Notes: generated from the sequence alone by a model not told the origin. Shown: positions 1-11,355, counted from the stretch's first letter. The stretch: 48,863 nt of DNA from Octopus bimaculoides (GCF_001194135.2 NC_068997.1:52704928-52753790), one strand, 5' to 3'. Numbers and translations: made by a program.

Positions 1-87
1 AAATCCCAAAAATAACAGCAAAAATACAAAGAATTCTGCGGTACACGTGTATTTTGGCTGGTATCTTTGCTGTTATTTTTGGGATTT
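1..87. repeat. Inverted repeat, 27-bp arms with a 33-nt spacer
   Basis: 1-27 aaatcccaaaaataacagcaaaaatac matches the reverse complement of 61-87 at 26/27. The left arm may run past the window edge. Confidence 0.85.
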
Positions 88-170
88 ACAATTTATTCTT
101 TCACCTCAACCATGAGCTGGCATACACAGGTGCTTACAATTGTCAAGTATTACCTCTAAATTTTACTTTA

Positions 171-203
<33 letters not shown>

Positions 204-720
204 GTGCACACACGTCTTAGTACTCTGTCTTAGTACTCAATGAATACGCTTGTACATGCATACAATGTAAGCATACATGTTATATACTCACACACGACTC
301 TGTACTCTGAGTACGTTTGTATATGCATACCACATAAGCGTATATCCTATGTATACATATATATATATATATATTTATATACAAGCACTTATTTACCCTG
401 GCACGTTCATCTTCGTACTGTTTACATATTTAAATAACACATATCCTCTAAGCATACAAGGATGTATTTAGACGGATTTATCCCGACACCTTACGCTCGC
501 GAACACACACACACACACACGTTCATGTTCACACACACACACGCACACATAGTAAGGCGAAAAATAAATGCTCTTCCGCTAGTTTCAGCGGTGTATTGCA
601 ATTGTTCCGTCAATAGAACTGGCTGCCAATTTTATTATTCTATTAGTGGTTGATTATTCCGTTCACAAAAATAACCTTAGGCGGGGGTCACAGTGACAGG
701 CTGACCTTTGACACAAACAC

Positions 721-801
721 ACACAGACATATCTGCATGGCTACATATTCTTTTCAGGTTACAAACGAGAGAAAAAGTACTTAATATGTGCAGGAGTGGC
801 T
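721..801 (+). repeat. 81-bp segment duplicated at 3403-3483
   Basis: Ungapped alignment at about 90% identity; only the last ~12 nt belong to a SINE head. Confidence 0.9.
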
Positions 802-938
802 GTGTGGTAAGAATCTTGCTTCCCAAATACATGGTTCCAGGTTCAGTCCTACTGCATGGCACTTTGGGCAGGTGTCTTGTGCTATAGCCTCACGCCGATT
901 AAAGCCCCCTGAATGGATTTTGTAAGAAGCCCGTTGTG

Positions 939-940
<2 letters not shown>
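790..940 (+). mobile_element. tRNA-derived SINE family A, 5' half
   Basis: A-box-like tggctgtgtggt, B-box-like ggttcagtcc; aligns with full copies at 979, 12188 and 40208. Confidence 0.85.
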
Positions 941-978
<38 letters not shown>

Positions 979-1151
979 GGCACAGGAATGGCTGTGTGGT
1001 AAGTAGCTTGCTTACCAACTACATGCTTCTGGGTTCAGTCCCAATGCATGACAGCTTGGGTAGGTGTCTCCTACTATAGCCTCAGGCCAACCAAAACCTT
1101 GTGAGTGGATTTGGTAGACAGAAACTGAAAGAAGCCCATCGTATATATATG

Positions 1152-1194
<43 letters not shown>

Positions 1195-1400
1195 GTGTCT
1201 GTTTGTCCCCACACCATCACCTGACAAATGATGCTTGTGTGCTTACATCCCTGTAACTTAGCGGTTTGGCAAAAGAGACTGATAGAATAAGTAGTAGGCT
1301 TACAAAGAATAAGTCCTTGGGTCAATTTGTTCGACTAAAGTTAGTGCTCCAGCATGACCACAGTCAAATGACTGAAACAAGTAAAAGAATAAAAGAATAA
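979..1400 (+). mobile_element. SINE family A, full-length
   Basis: Pol III box-like head, internal (TA)n, conserved tail gactgaaacaagtaaaag, A-rich end; many copies in window. Confidence 0.9.
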
Positions 1401-1476
1401 AAAAAAATATATAGTGGGTGTGACTGTTAGTGCAAACATAGAATCAACAGGCACCAAGTTAAAGTTGAGACTTATG

Positions 1477-1517
1477 GAATTCTTAAACTCCAAGTTTAAG
1501 AATTCAGGATGCATCCT
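1477..1517. repeat. Perfect 13-bp inverted repeat abutting a 12-bp palindrome
   Basis: gaattcttaaact-cca-agtttaagaattc (1477-1505), then aggatgcatcct (1506-1517). Confidence 0.85.
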
Positions 1518-1732
1518 TGTCCGATATTGTTGACCATGTAATTGTCACCTCTATATACAGGCTTGGGCAAGGTTTCTTCCTTTCTAGAAGACTCCCAGTT
1601 CCTCATGGATTCAAGTTCCCCCCATCCGGTATTCCACCAATGTGAAAAGTCTTTTTTTTAAAAGACCAATGCAGTTTGGTGCCAGGATCGTTTCAGGTGT
1701 TGCCTTTCCTACGCAATACCTACCTCAAAGTA

Positions 1733-1974
1733 TTTATTTCTTTATTGCCCACAGGGGGATGGGGAAAGCTAAACATAGAGGGAACAAACAAGGACAGACA
1801 AAGGTATTATGTCGATTACATCAACCGCAGTGCGTAACTGGTACTTATTTAATCGACTCTGAACGGATGAAAGGCAAAGTCGACCCTGGCTGAATTTGAA
1901 CTCAGAATGTAACTGTGGACGAAATACGGCTAAGCATTTTGCCCGGTATGCTAACGATTCTGCCAGCTCACTGC
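1733..1974 (-). mobile_element. tRNA-derived SINE family B with 14-bp TSD
   Basis: Reverse complement of the ggcgagctggcagaa...gagttcaaatt family; TSD cctacctcaaagta at 1719-1732 and 1975-1988. Confidence 0.92.
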
Positions 1975-2057
1975 CCTACCTCAAAGTAGTGTCTGTTCTT
2001 TGTTGGCACCAATCCACCTCCTTGGTCTCATATTTTCTATTAACCCTGAAATGATTA

Positions 2058-2298
2058 CTGGTGTCATGTAAAAAACACATGTACCAACGCTGCATAAGAG
2101 GCACTAGTGGTGGCATCATGTAGGAAGCACTTGTGCTGGTGCCACATAGAAACACCCAGTACACTCTGTAAAGTGGTTGGCATTTGGAAGGGCACCCAAC
2201 CATAGAAACTATGCCAAGCAGACATGGAGCATGGCCAGTGCCTGTCAAACTGTCTAACCCATGCCAGTGTGGAAAACGGACGTTAAATGATGATGATG
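2058..2298 (+). mobile_element. RTE-LINE-type 3' end, older subfamily
   Basis: ggaagggca...cccatgccag...ggacgttaaa followed by (GAT)n; homologous to 9303-9770. Confidence 0.8.
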
Positions 2299-2635
2299 TT
2301 GGTCTTGGTGAGGTTTGAACTCAGGGCAGAGAGAGTCTGAACAAATATCGCAATTTAATGTTCTTTTGTCCAAACAACTCCAAAAAGGATTCACGTCATT
2401 AGAATCTAGGTGCATCAACACATAGAATGCAAGAACTGGCTTGGTACCATGACATTGGGTTCACAGTGAGGTACAAACAACCATGAGGTATCATGTGCTG
2501 GTAGTGTACCACAGGGGATGTATAAATGTACATACTAAATCTAACGTAAACTGTAGATACAACACAGAGCTGGTTCCAGGTGTGAGACAAGTATTAAAAG
2601 AACAGAAATAAGCTTTAGATTTACTCCAGCTGTTT

Positions 2636-2655
2636 ATAGGAAGATATCTTCCTAT
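2636..2655. repeat. Perfect 20-bp palindrome
   Basis: ataggaagatatcttcctat. Confidence 0.85.
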
Positions 2656-2899
2656 CATTGTTTTAGCCAGTCCACTTGTTTCCTGACACTCCTTGACAGC
2701 AAGCTATGGCTGTAATCTAATAAAAACAACTGCCTGAAATAAAAGGGTTAGTTTGACCTTTTTGCTCTTCAAATGTTTGTCATTCTTCTGATTTCTCTGT
2801 ATATTTGAAAGCTCTTTTTTTAAAATATCATTTATTCATCATGTTGTTTGTTGGATAGAACATCATCAAGGTTTTACCTTGTCTGTTTCTAACTGTTTC

Positions 2900-2990
2900 A
2901 AAATTTTACCTGAAGATGGTGGATTGTATGCTATGATGTAATCTATGAATGTATCAATAAAATTCTTCTGAAACAGCTGTAATAAATTTT
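2900..2990 (+). ncRNA. Minimal type-I hammerhead ribozyme motif (PLE-type), helix II degraded
   Basis: CTGAAGA 2910-2916; GAAA 2970-2973; palindromic helix III ACAGCTGT 2973-2980; GUA cleavage triplet ending at 2981; helix I 2900-2908 with 2983-2990. Confidence 0.65.
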
Positions 2991-2997
2991 AAACCCC

Positions 2998-3127
2998 ATG
3001 TATACACACATACATACATACATACATACATACATACATACATACGTACATACATACATACATACATACATACATACATACATACATACATACGTATGTA
3101 TGCATGTATATGTATTTATATATACAT

Positions 3128-3169
<42 letters not shown>
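2998..3169. repeat. (CATA)n / (TA)n microsatellite
   Basis: Direct. Confidence 0.95.
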
Positions 3170-3172
<3 letters not shown>

Positions 3173-3402
3173 TCGTTTAACGTCCGTTTTCCATGCTGGC
3201 ATGGGTTGGATGGTTCGACTGCGGTCTGGGCAGCCAGGGGGCTGCACCAGGCCCCAACCTGATCAGGCAGTGTTTCTAATAGCTGGATGCCCTTCCTTAT
3301 GCCAACCACTCCGAGAGTGTAGTGGGTGCTTTTTACGTGCCACTGGCACAGAGGCCAGAGGAGCTGGCATCGACCATGATTGGATGGTGCATATTACGTG
3401 CC
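3170..3402 (-). mobile_element. RTE-LINE 3' end
   Basis: Reverse complement of the 9303-9770 tail; tail abuts (TA)n. Confidence 0.88.
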
Positions 3403-3962
3403 ACACAGACATATCTGCACGGCTACATATTATTTTCAGGTTACAGACAAGAGGAAAAGTACTCAATACGTGCAGGAGTGGCTCCTCTCTGCTTTCATTA
3501 AACCTCCTTCTGGTCCCAGTTCCTCTGATCACTGCTATGGCCCAGAGCTTCCCGGGTAGCTATTCATGTTGCCAGTTGCCTGAATCACTTCAGTCTATTA
3601 AACTAGGTATGTCCCGGCAATTGAACAGGAATTACCATTATATTGTGCCGTTTTTAGAACAATATTGTCTCAGTTCTCATAATGTCATTTTCTTAAAATA
3701 TATATAACATTTATTTATCCCCAAATATTCACAAAAAATAGTGAAAAATACTATCAAAAATATATATATAAAAAAACAGTTGCAATAAGATAAAAAAAAT
3801 TTAATATTTAAGTGCTAAAGGGACTTCTACATCACTATGTATGTGCATGTGCGCATATGGACACATGTATATATATATATATATATACACATTTAGTTAC
3901 ATATGTACACACATATTTACACATACATACCATCACAATCTATATATACATATATGAAAATA

Positions 3963-4019
<57 letters not shown>

Positions 4020-4234
4020 ATGATATATACACATATTTTCATATTTATAAATATCTACACTTATATATTTGTACACACATACTTTCATATATCTGCTTGT
4101 CTGTAGTTGTCTATTTGTCTCTCTATCTGTCTATCAGTCTACCTATCTATTTATCTATCGGCCTCTCTATTTGTCTATCTGCCTATCTATCTTGCATCTA
4201 TCTGTCTATCTTTCTATCTGTCTACAGATGGATA

Positions 4235-4276
<42 letters not shown>

Positions 4277-5157
4277 GATATACTTACATGTACGTATATT
4301 TACATACATATTTACAGATATATATATATATACATATATATATTTACATATTTGCACACAGATACACACGTCTGTAGGTATTTATCTACTTTCAGTGCCA
4401 AGTGTGTCACTTATTGTGATAGTCATACGAAAAGTGGAGGGACAAGGTGGTAGTGGTAGTGGTAGTGGTTGTGGTGGTGGTGGTGGTGCAACTGATCTCT
4501 TAAACCTATAAAACAGATCAATAATCCTTTTCTTTTTCTTCATCTCCTTCCTGCATCTACACTTCCTCTTCTTTCTCTCTCTCTTTCATTCTTTGATCTC
4601 TCCATTTTCTTTACTTTTTTCTTTCTCTCCTTTGTTGGATGAGATGTTTGTTTGTTGTTTTTTAGTGCTTTTTTACTATTTCGTGTTGTTTTTATCGTGT
4701 TTTTCTTAACGTAATTTGTCATCTTAGAATGTCTGTGTTATTGATATGATGGTGGTGGTGGTGGTGGTGGTGGTGACGGTAATAAGAATGACATCGTTGA
4801 CATCGACAGCAGCAGCAGCAGTAGTAACAGCAGCAACAGCAGCTGTCAATATGTTAAGGTCATCTAGTTTCGTGTACAGAGGTGAAGGTCATATAGCACT
4901 TAAGTTTTAACTTAATTGCACTGATGCTGCTACCACCATTATCATCACCAGCATCATAACCATTGCTGCCATCGACACCACCACCATCACCATGACGTTA
5001 AAAAACCCCTGGGATAGAAAATGTTGAAGGTTGCTTGTGGGACTTTTAAACCCAATATTTATATACTATCATTTATAGCTGTATCTACTTCAAGTTCCAC
5101 TGTTAAAATGAATTATTTCCTGTCTTGAAGTTTCTAAATTCTTACAATATATATATT

Positions 5158-5208
5158 ACTCTTTTACTTGTTTCAGTCTTTTGACTGTGGCCATGCTGGA
5201 GCACCGCC
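5158..5208 (-). mobile_element. SINE A 3' tail fragment
   Basis: cttttacttgtttcagtc...gccatgctggagcaccgcc. Confidence 0.75.
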
Positions 5209-5209
5209 T

Positions 5210-5258
<49 letters not shown>

Positions 5259-5259
<1 letters not shown>

Positions 5260-5493
5260 CATCATTCCATGCTGGCATGGGTTGGACGGTTTGACTGAGG
5301 ACTGGTGAAACCAGATGGCTACACCAGGTTCCAATCTGATCTGGCAGTGTTTCTACAGCTGGATACCCTTCCTAGTGCCAACCACTCCGAGAGTGTAGTG
5401 GGTGCTTTTTACGTGCCACCGGCACGAGGGCCAGTCAGGTGGTATTGGCATCAACCATGCTTGAATGAGGCTTTTTATGTTCCACCGGCACAT
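5259..5493 (-). mobile_element. RTE-LINE 3' end
   Basis: Homologous to 9303-9770, with two internal modules. Confidence 0.88.
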
Positions 5494-5697
5494 GGGGAGG
5501 GCCAGTTTATGGAATTACCCTGGGTTTCCTGTCCATAAAGGGTTTAACTTTATGGCGTATCGTCAAAACCTGTTGGCCTAAAACCATATTTTGAAGAGGT
5601 CTTAGGTCAACAGGTTTTGGGGTCTGACGACACACCATAAAGTTAAAACTCCTGATGGACAGGAAACCCTGATTAATCCCATAAACTGTCCTTCCCC
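5494..5697. mobile_element. Fold-back / MITE-like element, arms about 92 and 100 bp, 12-nt loop
   Basis: 5494-5585 aligns to the reverse complement of 5598-5697; termini GGGGA...TCCCC; no TSD seen. Confidence 0.8.
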
Positions 5698-5722
5698 AGT
5701 AATATATATACATATATATATA

Positions 5723-5898
5723 TCATCATCATCCTTTAACGTCCACCTTCCATGCTGGCATGGGTTGGACGGTTTGACAGGAGCTGGTTGGGCATTAGAC
5801 TGCACCAGACTTCTGTGTCTGTTTTGGCATGGTTTTTACGGCTGGATGCCCTTCCTAACACCAACCACCCAGCCAGAGTGGACTGAGTGCTTGTATGT
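5723..5898 (-). mobile_element. RTE-LINE-type 3' end, older subfamily
   Basis: (TCA)n-tttaacgtcc...ggatgcccttcc. Confidence 0.82.
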
Positions 5899-5909
5899 GT
5901 TTCCTTTTG

Positions 5910-6150
5910 TCTTGACATCACATGACAGTTGTAAACAAGTGTCCTGTCATACAAGCAGTGTCATTCATTTCTAATCTTCAGTGAAAATATATCTTATTAA
6001 TGAAAATATGTCAATATTACCTCGCTTGGAAAGAAGTGAGGGATTGGCAACAAAAAGAAGGGCATTTAGCTGTAGAAATTCTTCCTTAACAAATTCCATC
6101 AGACCCATTCAAGCATGGAAAAGAGAAAGTTAAAAAACTGATTATGATGA
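5910..6150 (+). mobile_element. Retroposon family H with RTE-like tail
   Basis: Aligns with 31848-32045 and 35445-35562; (GAT)-type end. Confidence 0.65.
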
Positions 6151-6371
6151 TGGTTTGTATGTAATAAATTAGCAGTGTCACCTGTTGTAGAATGACAAAT
6201 AAGAGATTATCAATGGAATGAGAATGATCTACCTATAGATTTGATATAATAGTCATTTCCAAACTCCAGGAATTTTACCAAATATGACAGGCACCGAAAG
6301 AAGGCTGGCAGTTATAATGGCTGACTGCAAATCTTGTGACTATGACAACCAAGATAAAGACATTAGTCCAA

Positions 6372-6600
6372 ATAGAAAGCACCTGAGCTGGTGCCACATA
6401 AAAAGCACAGGTGCTGGTGCCATGTAAAAAGCACCCATTCCACTCTGTAAAGTGGTTGGCATTGGGAAGGGCATCCAGCGATAGGAACCATGCCAATTGG
6501 ATCCTGGTGCATTGGTGCAGCTCTCTAGCTTGCTAGCTTTTGTCAAACCATCCAACCCATGCCAGCATGGAACACGGATGGTAAATGAAGATGATGATGG
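6372..6600 (+). mobile_element. RTE-LINE-type 3' end, older subfamily
   Basis: Same tail motifs as 2058-2298. Confidence 0.82.
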
Positions 6601-6920
6601 TAGAAGGCTCCTTGCTGGCTTCATGCTAATAATTTTATCTGGATTTCAGTTTGTCTTTCTCAAGTGGCAAGTTTCAAAGACGCAAGCAAGGATGCTGTCG
6701 ATGTGACTATAACAACCAAGTTGAGTCTGACTATAACACTGTTTAATAATAGTTATTATGAGACTGCAAGCTCTAGCTATTTCATGTGGATTCATCTACC
6801 ATTTTGTTTTGGTAAGGAAAATGGACGGCTTTCCTCTTCTGTCTGGTGACTATGGCAACATAATTTGTATTGTTGATGGGGGCTGCGAGGTTTGCAGGAG
6901 ACACTTTACTTCCTCGAGAA

Positions 6921-7038
6921 CAGTGATTCTCAACCATTTCTTTCTCATAAGCACGTGCTTGTAGTTTGGAGAGCAACAGTTAGGTAAAGGCTTGTGCCCT
7001 TCGTATTTAGGGAGATGTGGACCCACAGTTGAAAACTG
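6921..7038. mobile_element. Possible degenerate hAT/Charlie-like MITE
   Basis: Left end cagtgattctcaacc resembles Charlie-type TIRs; right end gttgaaaactg matches only partly; no TSD. Confidence 0.3.
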
Positions 7039-7234
7039 CCCTCTATCAGGAGGACAGCATCATCTATCTATTCATGTATTTTGTATGCTGTGTATACTTT
7101 TATTTCGTCTCACCTCCTCTTCTTTTCCACCTTCCATCTTTACACAAATCATAAACTTCTCTTGTAATGTTCCCCTTATCTGAAGGCCCTGTGGCGAATA
7201 AAAGAAATTATTATTATTATTAATGGTGCTACAG

Positions 7235-7392
7235 AGGCGGCGAGCTGGCAGAATCCTTAGCTTGTTGGACGAAATGCTTAGCAGTATTTTACCTGTCGCT
7301 ACATTCAGAGTTCAAAATTCTGCTGAGGTCGATTTTTGCCTTTCATTCTTTTGGGGTCGATTAAATTGACTAGTCCCCGAAGATTATTAATG
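7235..7392 (+). mobile_element. SINE family B
   Basis: aggcggcgagctggcagaa head, gagttcaaa B-box. Confidence 0.85.
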
Positions 7393-7394
7393 GT

Positions 7395-7614
7395 ACCACA
7401 TATAAAGCACTAAGCACTGGTGCTAATGCTGCATAAAAAGCACCCAGTACACTCTGTGGAGTGGTTGGTGTCAGGAAGAGCATCCAGCTGTAGAAACCAA
7501 CCCAAAACAGACTCTGGAACCTGACCTGGCTCCTGGCCTTACCAGCTCTTGTCAAACCATTCAATCTGTACCAGCATAGAAAACAGACATTAAACGATGA
7601 TGATGATGATGATG
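7395..7614 (+). mobile_element. RTE-LINE-type 3' end
   Basis: Tail motifs plus (GAT)n. Confidence 0.82.
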
Positions 7615-7913
7615 GTTACCTTTACCCTTTTCCCTCTCTCCCGCATTTGCCATCCTTGTTGTGAAGTAAGCGAGACACACACTTATAGCTACTACTTATT
7701 GTTTTGTTTTTTTTTTTCTTTTCAAACATCTATTTGAATCTACTTGAATGACTTAACCTTTTGTCGAATATTATTTGAAGTACAGGAAATAATGTTTGAC
7801 TTAAAGTTGTTTGTCTACCGTATAAAGTATTTAGAATTTTCCACTAGAACAATCATGCATACACGTGCACACACACACACATATATACACACGCATGTAT
7901 ATGAATGTGTGTT

Positions 7914-7990
<77 letters not shown>

Positions 7991-7995
<5 letters not shown>

Positions 7996-8142
7996 GCTTC
8001 TTTCAATTTCTGTCTACCAAATCCACTCACAATGCTGGTCAGCCTGAGGCTGTAGTAGAAGACGCTTGCCGAAGGTGCCACGCAGTAGGACTGATCCTGG
8101 AACCATGTGGTTGGGGAACAAACTTCTTACCACACAGCCATA
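7991..8142 (-). mobile_element. SINE A 5' half
   Basis: Reverse complement of the family A head; runs into (TA)n. Confidence 0.82.
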
Positions 8143-8300
8143 AAGCATCCAGTCGTAGAAACTGTGCCAAAAGCAGACAGCAGGGCTTGGTGCAGTCTCC
8201 TGACTTCTCAGTTCCTGTCAAACTGGTCAACCCATGCCAGCATTGAAAAAAAACAAAAAAAGGTATTATATGATGACGATGATGATGATGATGATGATGA

Positions 8301-8303
<3 letters not shown>
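8143..8303 (+). mobile_element. RTE-LINE-type 3' end
   Basis: gcatccag...cccatgccagca, then (GAT)n into (AT)n. Confidence 0.75.
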
Positions 8304-8345
<42 letters not shown>

Positions 8346-8436
8346 NNNNNNNNNNNNNNNNNNNNNNNNNNNNNNNNNNNNNNNNNNNNNNNNNNNNNNN
8401 NNNNNNNNNNNNNNNNNNNNNNNNNNNNNNNNNNNN

Positions 8437-8489
<53 letters not shown>

Positions 8490-8730
8490 TTTATTATTAT
8501 ATTATTTCACAACTTTATTTCCTCATTGTTTTCATTTCTTGTTTTTTAATAGTTTTCCTTGTTTCTTTTTTATATTTCTTTATTGTCTGCATCCCCTTTT
8601 TTTCCTTCTCCTCTCTATTCCTTTCTTCTTGCTTTTCATAATTATTTTCCCCTTTTTTCCTCTCCGTTCTGTGGTTAATTTTCCCATTATACTCCCTCTC
8701 TCTCAGTCTATTTGCCTCCTTTACTCTCAC

Positions 8731-8774
<44 letters not shown>

Positions 8775-8889
8775 CTTTCTTCTCTTTCACTTTTCCCTCT
8801 CAGCATCCTCTTCACACCCATTTCATCCTCACCCAGCTAATAATCCTCTTGGTTTACTTAACACCGGGCCTCCAGACTACAGCCCTTTG

Positions 8890-8920
<31 letters not shown>

Positions 8921-9302
8921 TTCTCTCTCTCACATAACCTCATACAATCATGCAAACACACTTTGATATCTATAATTGCACATATAGATAACCACACACA
9001 CACACATAACCAAATCTACAGCCACGCCCTAGTGCACACACACACACACACACATAAACACACGCATACACAGCCAGAGACAATCGCTAAACAGTACATC
9101 AGTTTCTATAACAAACACTGTGTATTGGAAACCAACAAAATCACTAAACCACCACCACCACCACCATTACAACAGTGAAGTATTGGCCACAAAGGCCCAT
9201 ACATTACAAAATGTCCCCAATATTAGGGGTTACTAAATATGGGGATATATGCACATATATAAATCTGCCTCTCTCTCACACACACACACATACACATATA
9301 TT

Positions 9303-9770
9303 ACGTTGGGCCTCACCGAGGCGATGACTACTGACCGAGACCTTTGGAAATGTGCTGTGCGTGAGAAGACCCGGCAAGCCAAGTAAGATCGTTGCAAGTG
9401 CCCCTGGACTGGTTCTTGTGCGGGTGGCACATGAGATGCACCATTTTGAGCGTGGCCGTTGCCAGTACCGCCTGACTGGCTCCTGTAGGATTTTCGAGCG
9501 AGATCGTTGCCAGTGCCCCTGGACTGGCTTGTGAGGGTGGCACATAAAAGACACCATTTCGAGCGTGGCCGTTTTCGTGCAGGTGACACGTAAAAGCACC
9601 CACTACACTCTCTGAGTGGTTGGCGTTAGGAAGGGCATCCAGCTGTAGAAACTCTGCCAAATCAGACTGGAGCCTGGTGTTGCCATCCGGTTTCACCAGT
9701 CCTCAGTCAAATCGTCCAACCCATGCTAGCATGGAAAGCGGACGTTAAACGATGATGATGATGATGATGA
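9303..9770 (+). mobile_element. 5'-truncated RTE-clade LINE: ORF2 C-terminus, 3'UTR and (GAT)n tail
   Basis: 9303-9386 translates TLGLTEAMTTDRDLWKCAVREKTRQAK*, resembling the RTE ORF2 C-terminal DL..LGL..EM..DR..WR pattern; modular UTR; tail nearly identical to 26124 and 37150 copies. Confidence 0.85.
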
Positions 9771-9973
9771 TATATATAGATATGCAGGGCAGGGAATCGT
9801 CAATTAGTAATAAAATTAATAATCAACAATTTTGCCGGGTAGCTCATACTGAGTTTTTTCATACTGTTTTATATATATATATATATATATATAGACCCTC
9901 TGTTTTTAAAAAAAAAAACGCTGAGTTACTTTCTTCTTTCTTGGGTAAATTCCTCAAGCAATGAGGTACTCAC

Positions 9974-9996
9974 TTTGTAACATTTCTCTTCGACAT
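9974..9996 (-). CDS. Candidate first coding exon (MSKRNVT, then a phase-2 donor); gene unidentified
   Basis: Minus strand reads aaaacATGTCGAAGAGAAATGTTACAAA|gtgagt: good start context and a consensus donor; unique sequence upstream. No homology recognised. Confidence 0.3.
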
Positions 9997-10243
9997 GTTT
10001 TTGTCTCCCTAGAGTTAATTTTTATCAAGTTCCTCCCTTTGACTTCCAAAGCTGGTAAAAGATGAGTTGCTTTTGTGCTTTGGCTATAGTTTTCCGTTTG
10101 GCCACTTTTTGACTGTTATGCTTCTTAAATTATAAACCGAACTTAAAGCTTTGTTTAATTGCAATTTTTCTGTTATTCTTTTACTTCAAAAACCTGTCTT
10201 TTGTGTTTCAAAAACTTTGTGGGTGGTGTGTATTCACTGTCAT

Positions 10244-10259
10244 CGCCATTGTTGCTAGG
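10244..10259 (-). promoter_or_regulatory. RFX X-box half-site abutting a YY1-like ATGGCG motif
   Basis: Minus strand CCTAGCAAC-AATGGCG, about 250 nt upstream of the candidate ATG at 9996. Confidence 0.3.
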
Positions 10260-10546
10260 AAGGGCCGTGACCCTCCACTGTCATATATGCAGCTATTGTA
10301 GGTCATGAATATTATATAATGCACGTAATTAGCACACATGAATGTCTAAATGGTTAACGATGATGTTTAAACAATGATTGTATTCTACCATAGGTGGTAG
10401 TTTCAATATTCTGAAGGCCTTTGATGGTGAAAAAGCCGCACGGTGAACAACATTTACCTCCACCCACACATCCACATACACATATAAACATGACCATAGA
10501 TACATATACACACACAAACACNNNNNNNNNNATGTATGTATGTATG

Positions 10547-10586
<40 letters not shown>

Positions 10587-10989
10587 TGAGAGAGAGAGAT
10601 ACACACGTATACACTTAGATGCATGTTCACATGCACACACACACACACACACACACACAAACAAATGTACAATATGTTGCTCATTGTTTCGTCAATCTAA
10701 TTTCTGGCAATCCCATTAAGTATTACTATAATTAATCAGTTGATGTTGTCGTTATTGTTGTTGTTTATATTGCCTTTGTTTATGTTTGTCCTTATGTTTT
10801 GTAGACTGGATTTTACAACACTCCCCCCTCCCTCTCCTCCTCTTCCTCCTCCTCTAGCTTTCATTTTTCTATTGTTTTATATATTGTTGTCAGTGTTGTT
10901 TTTCTTTTATGTCTTTTATTGATTTTTCTTCTTGTGGGTTGTCGTCCTCATGTTTGTCTTGGAGCAAACACTTACCTGATGCGTCTATT

Positions 10990-11308
10990 TATGTATAGCT
11001 CTGTGTGTGTGTGTGTGTGTGTGTGTGGTTGTATGATATGTATGTATTTGTTTATACATATATGTATGTGTGTGTGTGTGTGTATATATATATGTTTACA
11101 TGTGTATATATATTTATGTATGTGTGTATATATTTACATGTGTGTATATATTTATGTATATGTGTATATATATTTATGTATGTGTGTATATAGTTATGTA
11201 CGTGTGTGTATATATGTATATATGTGTATATGTGTATGTGTGTGTGTATATATATATATATATGTGTATATATATATATGTGTGTGTGTATATATATATA
11301 TATATGTG

Positions 11309-11355
<47 letters not shown>

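Noticed and set aside
5296-5312. ctgagga...gaaac in RTE UTR antisense resembling a hammerhead core
   Set aside because: Only 5 nt between the motifs, so helix II cannot form.
7617-7655. Minus-strand MANAGEREKGK followed by gtaacc
   Set aside because: Purine-rich low complexity beside a repeat tail; no support.
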